From Squalus acanthias (lineage: Eukaryota): a DNA stretch of 64,000 nt. Positions 1 to 12,038 of the stretch are shown here, one piece after another. Location: the NCBI GenBank assembly GCA_030390025.1, contig CM059433.1, forward strand, positions 6,572,001 through 6,636,000, given 5' to 3'. Below the pieces are notes generated by a model, which saw nothing but the letters and a program-made list of their open reading frames with translations, made no database searches and was not told the DNA's origin. The position numbers and the translations under genes were made by a program. Each line of letters starts with the position of its first letter. The first letter of the stretch is position 1.

Positions 1-17
1 CAGCGACTCCTACTGCA

Positions 18-719
18 ATGGACGCAGAGGAGGAGCGGCTGATCGCAGAAATGAACACCCAGGCGGTGGGCATGCACACTGAGCTCATGGGTGCAGTGGG
101 AAGGGTGCCCGAATGCATTGAGTCACTGGCAAGGAGTGTGGAGCACTTCGCTGTAGCACAGGCGGATGCCACACTAACGCTTAGTGCTGCAATTCAGTCA
201 CTGACTGCCGTGATCCCATCTCTGACTGCTCTCATGCAGACTCAGATTGAGGCCACGCGAGCACAGACTGCTGTCAACCTCGATGGTTCGTTCACATGTC
301 CCCGGGGCTCTCACCGCGCCGCAGCAGGCCAGCAATCTGTGCTCCAGCAGATTGCTCCGGATGCTGAAGTGCTGCCCCGTGGGAGTGCCAGTGTGTCGGT
401 CGAGCAGGGAGTTGCTGTCCTCTCTCACAATGACAGCATTCCTGCTGCCAACACTGTCACTTCTCCACTGCACTTGCCACCGCCTGTAGGACAGACTGCT
501 GCCGCCCATGCAGAGTTGGTGCAGTCTGCAGCCGGGCCCTCCAGGCCCAGAACTGGTCGAGGCCGTCCTTCAGGGGCATCTGCAGTGTCAGGGTCTGACA
601 ATCAGCAGCCTTCCACCAGCCTTGCTGCAGCCACTGAGGTCCCATTACGGAGGAGCAGTAGGGTTAGAAGGGGGGAAGTGCGCAAGGGAAGGAGATCACC
701 CTCGAAGGGCAAAAAGTAG
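18..719 (+). CDS. C-terminal exon of the probable Harbinger Myb/SANT-like partner protein (partial)
   Basis: Resembles the ORF at 15488-16354 (EQ..AVLS..DSI, QTAAAHAE..QS.AGPS), which lies downstream of a SANT-like exon; convergent with the transposase; basic C-terminal tail. Confidence 0.7.
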   Translation: MDAEEERLIAEMNTQAVGMHTELMGAVGRVPECIESLARSVEHFAVAQADATLTLSAAIQSLTAVIPSLTALMQTQIEATRAQTAVNLDGSFTCPRGSHRAAAGQQSVLQQIAPDAEVLPRGSASVSVEQGVAVLSHNDSIPAANTVTSPLHLPPPVGQTAAAHAELVQSAAGPSRPRTGRGRPSGASAVSGSDNQQPSTSLAAATEVPLRRSSRVRRGEVRKGRRSPSKGKK

Positions 720-1027
720 GAGGTGTGACAAAATGCTGGTCATTTTTTTATTAAAGGCCGAGGTTCGTGGTCCAACTTTTGTCTAGTGTTTTGGACATTA
801 TCTCCAGGTTGTGAGAACCAGTTATGTTAATGACTGTTTTTTTGTGTTTATTTCTATGAGTTTGTCATGAGGAAATGACACAGAGTTTGTAAAATAAATA
901 AGTTTTTGTATTCAAATTATACATGTTTGGTGTTTGGAATCAGTGGTGCCTTGGCCGGCTTAGGGGTTGTGTGCTGGGTTCATTGATGTTGTTAGCAATG
1001 GCAGAAGCCATTTCCACAGCAGGGGCC

Positions 1028-2188
1028 CTAGAAGCGGCTTGCTATCAGCCGTTGACGGACGGCCCTTGCAGTTTCACCATTGTGGGCCGCCCTCCCGCCT
1101 TGGTGCTGCTGATGATCATCCTCCTGGTCCTCTTCCTCCTCTTCCTCCTCCTCCTCTGGTGGTGCTCCAAGGCCTGGTGGCATTGGCTGGGTCCTGACGA
1201 TTGCCATGTTATGCAACATGCAGCACACAACTACGAAGTTGGATACTCGCTCAGGCGAGTACTGCAGGGCTCCTCCAGAATGGTCGAGACAGCGGAACCG
1301 TTGCTTCAGCACGCCGATTGTGTGCTCAATGATGTTCCTGGTAGCTTGATGGCTCTCGTTGTACCGCAGCTCAGCAGGGGTGTTGGGCGTACGGAGCGGT
1401 GTCATCAGCCAGGTGCTCAATGGATACCCCTTGTCCCCGAGAAGCCAACCAACTGGCTGATGCGGTGCCTCGAAAAGTTCTGCCACAGTAGTCTGGCGCA
1501 GGATGAAAGCATCGTGGCAGCTGCCAGGATAGTGGGCATTGACAGCGAGTATCAGCTGCCTGTGGTCACAGACCAACTGAACATTCAAGGAATGGAACCC
1601 CTTTCTGTTCCGGAATTCCTCGGCATTCTCATGTGGAGCACGCAAAGCCACATGCGTGCAGTCAATGGCGCCCTGCACCATGGGGAAGCCCGCTATCCTC
1701 GCAAAGCCCAGAGCGCGGTCACACTGCTTGTCTGGGGTCATGGGGAAAGAGATGAACTCTCGTCTCCTTTTAAAGAGGGCATTTGTGACCTGCCGGATGC
1801 AGCAACGCACCGCGAACTGGGAGATATTGGCGAGGTCCCCAGCAGCAGCTTGAAATGAGCCAGTAGCATAGAAGTTGAGAGCCACTGTGACCTTCACTGC
1901 CACCGACAGAGACGTCCTGGACCTCAGCTGAGGCTGCAGATCTGGCTGCAGCAGGTGGCAGAGCTCAGTGACCACCTCCTTGCTGAATCGCAGCCTTCGC
2001 AAACACAGCTCCTCAGACATATGAATGTAGGAGAGCTGTTCACGATATACCCTGGGAGGGTAAGCTCTCCTGTACAGACGCCTGTTGGCCCTCCTCCGTC
2101 TGGCCATCATTGCCACTCTCTCTCTGCGTCTCTGTGTCCTCCGATTCAGCTGGAGCAGGACGACGCCCCCATTCAGTGCAGCCCCCAT
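1028..2188 (-). CDS. Harbinger (HARBI1-like) DDE transposase, about 386 aa from the ATG at 2188
   Basis: Uninterrupted ORF with GAIDCTHV, NRKGFHSLNVQLVCD, YPGSCHDAFIL, LGDKGYP, RNIIEHTIGVLKQRFRCL, CCMLHN and an acidic tail. Confidence 0.92.
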   Translation of the reverse strand: MGAALNGGVVLLQLNRRTQRRRERVAMMARRRRANRRLYRRAYPPRVYREQLSYIHMSEELCLRRLRFSKEVVTELCHLLQPDLQPQLRSRTSLSVAVKVTVALNFYATGSFQAAAGDLANISQFAVRCCIRQVTNALFKRRREFISFPMTPDKQCDRALGFARIAGFPMVQGAIDCTHVALRAPHENAEEFRNRKGFHSLNVQLVCDHRQLILAVNAHYPGSCHDAFILRQTTVAELFEAPHQPVGWLLGDKGYPLSTWLMTPLRTPNTPAELRYNESHQATRNIIEHTIGVLKQRFRCLDHSGGALQYSPERVSNFVVVCCMLHNMAIVRTQPMPPGLGAPPEEEEEEEEEDQEDDHQQHQGGRAAHNGETARAVRQRLIASRF

Positions 2189-2939
2189 AGTCTCTTTGCA
2201 AGCAAAGTTATGAAGGACAGCAACCAAAGTACCAGCGAAGTTAGGATCAGTAGGCAAAACTACCTCACAAAGCGTTGACTCAATGCAGAAGTCTCTCTTT
2301 CTCTCTCTCCGAATCTCTCTCTCTCTCTCTCAGAACGAGTGGTGCAAAAATGTCAACCACAGAAAAAGACAGGAAGAGGCCCCCTTTAAATAGCGCCCCC
2401 CCCAGCCCCACAGCGATTGATAGCATTCCAGTCTTCCGGTCGTTGGATGCGCCAGGCGGTAAGGCAGGGGGCGCCACTCAATTTCCGCTCCGGGGCGCCA
2501 CAAGGGCGTTGCACCATGGAATGACGTCACAATCTGCGCACGCAGGTGGTCGCGGCGGTAAAGTTTAGCGCCGCCGCACAATGTCTAGTTAAGTTCCCGA
2601 GCGGCGCAAACATCGCTGCGCCCGGGCGCTAGCGGCTTTGCGCCCCATTAGCGCCCTCTTAAGGCGCTAACGGGAGGCGCAACCAACTGAATTTTTCCCC
2701 CTAAGAAACAGACATTACAAGCTGGCATGTGTTGGTCATCGAGTTAATAGGAATAATTATCATCCCTCTTTAGTAACCTATTGTCTTTAAAACAAGCACA
2801 GATGAGGTGTGATTGTTTTGTGCTGATTCTGTGCTGACAAGCCTGGACAAGTACTAACATGTACCAATGACTAATATTTTGAGGAAAAATACGATAGTCA
2901 TTTAGATTAAAATCATTGCCTGCAAACCAGGCATATTAG

Positions 2940-3130
2940 CCAAAAGCAAAATACTGCGGATGCTGGAAATCTGAAATAAACAGAAAATGCTGGAAACACT
3001 CAGCAGGTCAGGCAGCATCTGTGGAGAGAGAAGGAGTTAACTTTTCAGGTTGATGACCCTTCATCGACCTGAAACGTTAACTCTGTTTCTGTCTCCACAG
3101 CTGCTGCCTGACCTGCTGAGTGTTTCCAGA
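2940..3130. mobile_element. Hammerhead-associated (Penelope-like) short repeat in inverted, hairpin arrangement
   Basis: Arms of about 68 bp (CTGGAAACACTCAGCAGG...GATGA / TCATC...CCTGCTGAGTGTTTCCAG) around a CCCT loop. Confidence 0.75.
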
Positions 3131-4789
3131 CAGATTAATGCTGGTGGATTTGTGGTCACAAGGGCACACCCCTGCCCACATTATGGTCCTATCTCCAGTA
3201 ATTCCAGATATAGGTGCTGGAGGTCACTGATGTGACGACAGACTTAACCATCCTAAACCCATGCATACTCTGCCTACTGCCAGCAGGGGAAGGGACCCCC
3301 ACCACTGGCAAACTCACACAGATCTCTCTCCTGGCAGCAAGATGATGCGTCCCCCCTGTTGTGGCACAATTTAACACCCCCACAACAAACATGTGGTCTA
3401 AGCACATGTAAAGACATCTTCCAGTCAGAGCGAGTAATGTACGGACTGTGCATGAAGGTTGTGAAATGCCAGGAGGTGAGGGGTCCCTTCCTGTGGGCCA
3501 AGCCTCCCACCCAGCCCACACTCTCACTACCAGACCAGCCCCAGCATTACCTACTGAAGAGACAGACCCCACAGTGCAAAATGCCTACAAGGACCTGCTG
3601 TTTCTGTAATCTATTGCAGCACCTCACCCCCACTCCCCACAAGCCCCCAGCCCTCCATGACCAGGGATGACCCCAGCCATCTCATCCTAGTGTATAGAAC
3701 TCTATAGCTATATACAACATCCACCGCATGTACTTGCAAGTATCATGAAATTTATACTATAGCGAGTACTCAATAAAACTATATCCTAAGAGTGGGTACA
3801 TTTCTTGTATGGAAAAATGTGAATATTTTAAAAAGAACATTGGGGAAAAGAAAGCCATCCCCTGGGATGATCTCAAAAATTCCTCTTGGGAACAGTTTTT
3901 GGTCAAAATGATATTGACTGAAAACTTATGAAATTTTTAAAAAGAAGGATTCGAAAAAATCGGTGTCTAGTGTCTGGAGAAGAGGGAATCCAGTATAATG
4001 AGATATGTCATAATGGTGCCTAATAGTGAAAGTTTTGAGACTAAGAAAGCTAGTCAATGTAGAAAGTTCTGGTTTTATAGGGATCTGTTTTGGAGATGTT
4101 CCACTGTAATGTTGTCATGGTAACTCAAAGCATTGTGTGGCTACACCAATTACATTGTGAATTAACAATGCATAGAGCAGACCTACTGTCCAGAATGGTG
4201 TAGGGAATGGTCCCTGCTCACAGTTCACTATGTTCGGAGTTCCTGATCTCAACACAACCTTTGTGAAGAAGTGCTGATGGGGTCCAGACCCTTCTCCCAG
4301 GGCAGGAGAGAAAGTATGACAGTCGTAACATGATTGGCGGGATATTAGAGAATTGACTGTGTTAGATTTGGTGGTTAACGAGCGCTGCTTAGTAACCTGG
4401 AGGTTACCAGGAGCACCTGCTATCTAGTTAAGAAAGTAAAGAAAGAATTTGCATTTATATAACGCCGTTCATGCCCCAAATGCTACTCCAATTGTCCCAG
4501 TGGGGAAGCACTTTCACTCCACTCAGTACCGCCCTGAAATGGCAAATCCCTGACCAGCAGCACAGTCTGTGGAGACAAGCAGCAGCAGTTGGAGCCGAGC
4601 TTGCGTTCAATCACTCTGTACCATTGCTCTGTTGACTGCAATGTGCAACTCCACCATGCTACACGTCACCATGTTACTGAGCAAATAGAGTTCTTGTGGG
4701 ATTCAATGGAGGAGCCCTATACATGTGAATATTTACTTTTTTTTTTAAAAAGCCCCCCAATTCCATACATTAAATTAAGAAAAATTAGT

Positions 4790-5280
4790 TAAGCCTTGGA
4801 GAGGATGCAGAGGAGATTTACCAGAATGATACCGGGGATGAGGGACTTGCTGTGGATAGATTAGAGATGCTGTGATTGTTCTCCTTAGAGCAAAGAAGGT
4901 TAAGGGGAGATTTAATAGAGGCGTTCAAAACAATGAAGGGTTTTGATAGAGTAGATGGGGAGAAACTGTTCACAGTGACGGAAGGGTCAGTAACTAAAGG
5001 ACACAGATTTAAGACAATTGGTAAAAGAACCAGAGGGGTGATGAGGAGTTTTTTTTACGCAGCGAGTTATGATCTGGAACGCACTGCCTGAAAGGCTGGT
5101 GGAACCAGATTCAGCAGTAACTTCCAAAAGGGAACTGGATAAATACTTGAAAAGGATAACATTTGCAGGGCTCTGGGGAAAGAGTGTGAGAGTGTTACTA
5201 ATTGGAGAGCTCTTTCAAAGAGCCGGCACAGGCAGGGTGGGCCGAATGGCCTCCTTCTGTGCTATAAGATTCTATGATAA
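4790..5280 (+). mobile_element. CR1 LINE 3' fragment
   Basis: FSLEQRRLRGDLIEAFK...GFDRVD peptide; ATTCTATG tail. Confidence 0.85.
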
Positions 5281-5507
5281 TAGCTCAGTCAGTAAATTTC
5301 CCACTATTTCTGGTACTGAGCTGCACAGAATTGAAAAGAGCTTATATTCGACCATCAGTCAGTGGTAGTTAGCTGGATCACTGGTGGGATGCTACAGCTG
5401 GATGCAGGGACCTGGACTAGAGAAGGTGAAAAAAATCAAGAAAAGTATTTGCTCCTAGCGCCTGCTGGAAAGAGCATGTGTGGATGCTGGATAAGATCAG
5501 CATCGGA

Positions 5508-5850
5508 TGCACTGCAGCAACTCGCCAAGGCTTCTTCGGCAGCACCTCCCAAACCCGCAACCTCTTCCACCTAGAAGGACAAGGGCAGCAGGCGCATGGG
5601 GAACACCACCACCTCCAAGTTCCCCTCCAAGTCACACACCATCCTGACTTGGAAATATATCGTCCGTTCCTTCATCGTTGCTGGGTCAAAATCCTGGAAC
5701 TCCCTACCTAACAGCGCTGTAGAAGCACCTTCACCACGCGGTACTGCAGTGGTTCAAGAAGGCAGCTCACCACCACCTTCTCAAGGGCAACTAGGGATGG
5801 GCAATAAATGCTGGCCTTGCCAGCGACGCCCACATCCCATGAACGAATAT
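5508..5850 (+). mobile_element. 3' end of a second LINE family, probably CR1-like (also at 10842-11064, 20360-20675, 34385-35700, 61858-62255)
   Basis: Shared MHCSNSPRLLRQHLPNPRPLPPRRTRAAGA...SWNSLPNS peptide and GGCAATAAATGCTGGCC 3' UTR. Confidence 0.75.
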
Positions 5851-7099
5851 TTTAAAAAAAATCTGTGACCCTCCTGTGGTCCAATAGCCTGCTGACTGAA
5901 ATGCATTGTTTAGGCTCACAGCTGAAGAATGGGCATTTACATGAGATACTGGTAGTGGAACTGTAAGTGACTGCTTCCAGCTGAAGATGGGAGAAAATTG
6001 GGACAGGGGAGAAAATAAATGAGCTGGAGATATGTTCAAGTAAATCAGACTCCTTCTCATCTGCCTCCTCCCATCTCAGTGGTTCATTGCATAATGAGAA
6101 CAAAAATCAATATCTGATTTTTACAAGAGACACTTCTGAGCAGATGGTGGTGGTAATGAAAATAATACAATTGTTTTTGCATTATAATAAAATACATTTG
6201 TGTTGTGAAGTGAAGCCAAAACGCATTTTTGTCACGATTCAAACAAAGTAAAACATCTCTTCATGCCTTATTATTAGCAATTGCCCTAACGAGGTTATAG
6301 TTACAGTTAAATAGATTGCTATTTTAGCACTAATTAGTATCTTTCAAAAATAAAGCACACAAGAGAGACATAAAAAGGCCATTATGGCAACAGCTGCCCT
6401 ATTATTGGTTTTAAGTGTCTAACATAAAACCTGGAAATCTATTCATATTATTACTATGCAGGAGATTCATACATTACGCAAAACATAACTAACAATCGAT
6501 GTGGCCCATATGGCCACTGGTATATCATACAGCTAGCAACAGAAGTCCTTGTAGGTTATTCTAGATGGTTTTCAAAGCTTTCTATATGGGGAGTTCCCTG
6601 CGAATATTGGCACACTCCTCGGACACACCCAGCTCCCCCTCCCACAGCCCTGCCCTGATTTCCAAAAGGCAGCATCAGCTACCCAAAGGTGTACAGTGCA
6701 ATAACTGCAGGAAACATGCTGTGTCAGTAACAGAAATAACATTCCAGTAAGTCAACAAATACAGAAAAAATAATCAGATAATCGATGACAGCCTGACAGA
6801 AATCTGATGGTGTCAGACACTCCTCGGGATCTCCTAGCACCTGGGGAATCCAGTTTGAAAATCTATGCTCTGTATGGCAATCCTATCGGGGCAGAAGATA
6901 AGCTTGGGCTTTTATATTGCAGTATTTGTGTAATATCTGCTAGCCGCAGGTCCAAAGGACAGGATCATAAACAGTGCCTCAGGTTTATAGTCTCTATTTT
7001 CCATACATCAGTCCTCAATAACCCCTCTGTTCCACCCAGACCATGGTTACATTGATCATGAATAACTACAAATTACCCTTTGCAAATCCCAAGTCCCAG

Positions 7100-9420
7100 T
7101 TTTGTGTGTCTGTTTACCTATTCTAGTACTCCTACGAGGTGGTTCCCCAGTGGATACAGTGACGGAGGTGGAATGCTGCTGAACCTCACTGACGGCACTT
7201 GAGATGTCCATGGTGGGTAACCTCAAGGAGCTTTAGCCTTTGGGGGCCAGGCTGCAGACTGCTGTATCTCGGCTTTGGCCCGGGGCGGGGGGTGGGGGGG
7301 GGCAGTCTGGCCCAGCAGGCTGTCTGGCACTAACAAGGGTGCTGGTTGAGAGGCTGGTGAGGGAACAGGTGTACTGTCTTCTTGAGAAAGGACAATGTGT
7401 GCCTCTCCCATGGAGCCAATGCCACTCTCAGGGGGCTGGGCCTCAGCACTCCTGCTGCTCTATGCAAGAACGGAGTGCAGGCATGCTGGGAGGCTCTCGA
7501 GGCCTCTCTCCTTCAGGCTTTGTAATCCTGAGGAGGTGCTGGACCCCAGAGCCAAGATGGCAGCAGTCTGAGCTCCCATCAAAGCTGTCATGCTCCATTG
7601 CACTGGGGGCCCCCTGCAGTGCTCAGAGAGCTGACCACTCGCTCCATGGTAGACTGCATGGTCTTGATGATGTGCACAAAGATAACACACAAGTTGGAGC
7701 TGGAATACTCCATGCTCTCTGACATTGTGCTCGTTGGCAGGCAGCCCAGTTCACTTAGAAGGTCGGTGTGGATTGTCATCAGTTTTAATGGCCCTGAAAT
7801 TGCAGTGTCCATGACGCTCAGAGTACGTCATCGTAATCCCTTTGAAATGCAACTCAAGCTCCGGATTTCCGCATGTGCTTGCGCATGAGCGAAATCCAGA
7901 ACTTGCAGCCTGTCAACATACGTGTTGACAGGCCATCCGCGGGGGCTCCGAAAAATCAATCGCTGGCACAGAGTTGGGCTATTTGCCCAGCGAATGGCCA
8001 GCAATTGCCCACTTAAGTCCTACGGTTGATGTAAGCAGGCATAGGGCCTGCTTGCATCAGCGTAAGGGGATATCTAAGGCTTAAATAAAACATATAAAAA
8101 TCCAACATCATGCACACACACTTTATTAAATGAGATTGTGCAAATATTGGCCCGGATTACAGTCTTGATGACGTTTGAAATGATCAAAAAATTAAATTTT
8201 ATTGAGGTTGGTGCAATGAAAGAACTTATGAATAAAATTTGCAATTCTGTACATTGTATAATTATTAGATTTGGGGATTCCATTGCATCTCATTAGGGGA
8301 TTCCCTTAGTAAATGATTGCAATGGAATTCTCCTTTGTCATTGGTGGACCGGGCCCACGTGATCCCTGGTATGCTTCCAAACCGCCTGCATTCCTGGGAT
8401 CTGTGGGCTGTTAGGCTGCCCTCCGCCTCGAGGCCTGAGGCCGCAACTCTTCGCAGCCTTACTCCAGAGTTACACCTCCGACCGCAATTTCTAGTCCCTT
8501 ATGTGTGGTGGGCCCTCACTGTTTTTATTTGGGCCTTCTGCGGCAGGGCTCAGATGCAGGCTGTCCCTCGGGTGGGCTGCTTTCTGGGCCGTTCTAATGC
8601 TCTATCCTTTGCTCCTGCACGCTAATGCTGGGTGAATCTACCCGTGCGGACCCCTGAAGCCTACTCTCTGGACTACTTGGGGTGCCAGTCTCTAAGCTGG
8701 TGCTGAGTGAGCTTTCCTCTTCCGGAGCGCTGCCCTCTTATTCCTCTGCTATGTGAAATTGAAGAAAGGGATGGGGGGTTAGCATTTAGTGGCAGGGGTA
8801 AGCAGAGACAAATGAGCGGTTTCTGAAAGCAACCGCAATTTATCGTGCATAGTGTGTCCGGGTGAGGTTTAAGCGAGAAGGGAACAAGGGAAAGATGGTG
8901 CGGGGGGGGGAAACCCTGTGGGACTTGTGCTACAGCCTCTCCAGTCGCCATGTTCTAGAGTCACTCCCTGCCCACCACGTCCATCACTTGTTCCTCCAGT
9001 GGGGACAGCACGTGGATGAACGATGCCCCTCCTTCTCTGGCTGCCTGTGTACAAGCTTGTCCTGCAAGAAAACAAGGGAGAGTCTCAGTATTTAGCGCAG
9101 TGAGGTGTTTTGAGGGTGTGCACGTCAGGGTAGAATAGTGCTGCTGGTGTGTGAAAGATGGCAGGTGAGGGAAGTAATACTGAGGAAGGTAGCAGGAGTA
9201 GAACACTACAGGAGGAGCGGAAGGTGGTGGAGTCAAGTGTGCTGCAGCGATTGGAGGAGAGTGATGCGAAGTGGGGAGGGAAGGGTTGCGAGAGCTGGGG
9301 TTACAGATAGTGCAGGTCTGAGCAGAGAGAACAAGAGATATCCGGCTTACCGTAGCTATCCTTGTGAGGTCATTGAACTATTTTTGGCATTGCAGCTTGT
9401 CCTGGGGGTGATGCTTCTGG
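7100..9420 (-). mobile_element. Decayed Harbinger Myb/SANT gene remnant interrupted by a MITE
   Basis: Minus-strand QC.K.FNDLTR-like exon ending in GTAAG near 9350; VLSPLEEQVMDVVG exon at about 8960-9060; stops and frameshifts. Confidence 0.6.
7789..8498. mobile_element. Harbinger-type MITE
   Basis: Imperfect TIRs TGGCCCTGAAATTGCAGT / GGGACTAGAAATTGCGGT; TAA/TTA flanks; AT-rich core; resembles 51318-54435. Confidence 0.55.
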
Positions 9421-10667
9421 TGTTTACTGACGACACCCAGCTCTACCTCACTACCTCTTCTCTCGACCCCTCCACGGTCTCTAAATTGTCAGACTGCTTG
9501 TCCGACATACAGTTCTGGATGAGCAAAAATTTTCGCCAATTAAATATTGGGAAGACCGAAGCCATTGTTTTTGGTCCCCGCCACAAATTCCATTACCTAG
9601 CCACCAACTCCATCCCTCTCCCTAACATCTGTCTGAGGCTGAACCACACTGTTCGCAACCTTGGTGTCATATTTGACCCTGAAATAAGCTTCCGATCACA
9701 TATCCGCAGCATAACAAAGGCTGCCTATTTCCACCTCCATAACATCGCCCGTCTCCGCCCTTGCCTTAGCTCATCCACTGCTGAAACCTCAACCATGTCT
9801 TTGTTACATAGAAACATAGAAACATAGAATCTGGGAGCAGGAGTAGGCCATTCGGCCCGTCGAGCCTGCTCCACCATTCAATACGATCATGGCTGATCAT
9901 CCAAGTCCAGTACCCTGTCCCTGCTTTAATCCCCACAGTACACATATCCCACTCTACCCCCGTAACCCCACGTATTTAATTCCCCCTAACATATCCCATC
10001 CTATCCCCATAACCCCACATATTTAATCCCCCCCTAACACTAAGGGTCAATTTATCATAGCCAAATCAACCTAACCCACACATTTTTGTTACCTCTAGAC
10101 TTGACTATTCCAACGCACTCCTGGCTGGCCTCCCACATTCCACCCTACGTAAACTTGAAGTCATCCAAAACTCGGCTGCCCGTGTCCTAACTCGCACCAA
10201 GTCCCGTTCGCCCATCACCCCTGTGCTCGCTGACCTACATTGGCTCCCACCTCGATTTCAAAATTCTCATCCTTGTTTTCAAATCCTTCCATGGCCTCGG
10301 CCCTTCCTATCTCTGTAATCTCCTTCAGCCCCATAACCCTCCCGAGATATCTGCGTTCCTCTAATTCTGCCCTCTTGAGCATCCCTGATTATAATCGCTC
10401 AACCATTGGTGGCCGTGCCTTCAGTTGCCTGGGCCCTAAGCTCTGGAATTCCCTGCCTAAACCTTTCCGCCTCACTACCTCTCTTTCCTCCTTTAAGACG
10501 CTCCTTAAAACCTACCTCTTTGACCAAGCTTTTGGTCACCTGCCCTAATTTATCCTTATGTGGCTCGGTGTTACATTTTTTGTCTTAAAGTACTCCTGTG
10601 CAGCGCCTTGGGATGTTTTACTACGCTAAAGGCACTATATAAATACACGTCGTTGTTGTTGTTGTTG
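9420..10667 (+). mobile_element. L2 LINE 3' fragment with a nested SINE at 9808-10084
   Basis: DDTQLY...CLSDIQFWM..N..QLN..KTE and LWNSLP...FKTLLKTYLF peptides; (GTT)n tail. Confidence 0.88.
9808..10084 (-). mobile_element. SINE fragment with CR1-type (TTTCTATG)n tail, V-SINE/HE1-like
   Basis: TTTGTTAC duplicated at 9800-9807 and 10085-10092; tail repeats; family assignment is by recollection only. Confidence 0.65.
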
Positions 10668-11180
10668 TAATCACTTTGAATTCCCATTAGACTACCATCC
10701 TCATAGATTTTGTCTGTGTGGTAACTCCTTAGTCAGTTGGATTCCTAGTGCTGAGAGGCAGTAAAGACCTCTGTTGCATTAGCCAGAATGCCATGTCTTT
10801 GTACAATAACTGCATTTACGCCTGCTTCTCATGGGCGGAATTCTTCGGAAGCACCTCCCAAACCCGCGACCTCTTCCACCTAGAAGGACAAGGGCAGCAG
10901 GCGCATGGGAACACCACCACCTCCAAGTTCCCCTTCAAGTCACACACAGCATCCTGACTTGGAAGTATATCGGCCGATCCTTCATCGTCACTGGGTCAAA
11001 ATCCTGGAACTCCCTCCCTAACAGCACTGTGGGAGTACCTTCACCACACGGACTTCAGTGGTTCCTCCCCTCCTGCTCCCCCCCCCCGCCCCCCACTTTC
11101 CCTGCCTCTGCACCTGCTTAAAACTTGTTACATCTCCAACTTTTACCAGTTCTGACAAAGGGTCACAGACCTGAAACGTT

Positions 11181-12038
11181 GGGCTGGATTTTGTCAATGG
11201 GAAGCTTTTGGAGGCGGGACTGCTGCTTGCCGGCTTTCAATCCTGCCTCCATCAGCTTCTGGCCAACCAGCGGAATTTTCCCCTGATTGACCTTGTTAAG
11301 CCCGCCCAGTGGGCTCAGCAGGTCAATTAGGTGGAAGTCAGTGACAGAGGACGTCAACGTATGATGTGTCATCTGTCAAGATTTTTTGAAAGAAGAAATG
11401 TCAGTGTTTGACAGCTCTGTGAAGCTGTCAAACACTGACATTCTGTGTAGTTTGATGAGACTTTGTGTTCAGGACTCATCAAACCTTTCAACCTTGCAGA
11501 AATCACCTGGCTGTTGGTTCAGAGGATCCAACAGCCAGTCTGTGATATCTACAATGGAGATGTCGGGACTCCGGCTCCACAGTGGCTGCAGGCTGTAGGT
11601 GGAAACAAAGGTAAGTGAACATTTTCTAACACTTTACACTCACCTTACATACTTACCACTCCACACTTGCACCCATCACTCACCTCTACATCGCACTTTC
11701 AGACCCCTCCGACCACCGCAGACCTCCTACTCGTCTCCTACACCCTGGCGGGGTTTCCCGAGGTCGGGAAGCCTGCACTTGAGAAGGAAAATGGGGATAA
11801 TCCTATCTTCTGCCTGTTAACTACCTGTTATAACTACCTGTTAACAGGCAGTTAATAGGCTTCAATCCCTTTCCCGCCTCAAGGAGACGGGACCCGGGGC
11901 AGGATGGCTTCCCGCCTCCTGGCAAGAGGGCACGGAGGCGGGATGGGGGGCGGGTTTGCCACCCGCCCCCAAATTCTGCAACTTTACCGGCAGTCCCGCC
12001 TCCATACCCGCCTCCTCGGGGCTGAGAAAATCCAGCCC
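11181..12038. mobile_element. Harbinger-type MITE inserted into a hammerhead repeat
   Basis: Perfect 12-bp TIR GGGCTGGATTTT; 3-bp TSD GTT; the host repeat resumes at 12039. Confidence 0.85.

Larger units (their letters stand above)
1..2701. mobile_element. Autonomous-type PIF/Harbinger DNA transposon, right part (left end outside the window)
   Basis: Transposase ORF convergent with a partner ORF; terminus ...CCAACTGAATTTTTCCCCC followed by TAA; same terminus as the MITEs at 22021 and 52856. Confidence 0.88.

Noticed and set aside
923-1858. 311-aa plus-strand ORF with a hydrophobic stretch
   Set aside because: Antisense shadow of the transposase; the Leu run mirrors the poly-Glu codons.
1028-2257. 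Host gene HARBI1
   Set aside because: It lies inside a TIR-bounded element with a partner ORF and MITE derivatives, so it is a transposon gene. The ORF-track start at 2257 is not an ATG.
9138-9827. 229-aa ORF
   Set aside because: Chance fusion of an antisense Harbinger remnant with L2 RT sequence.
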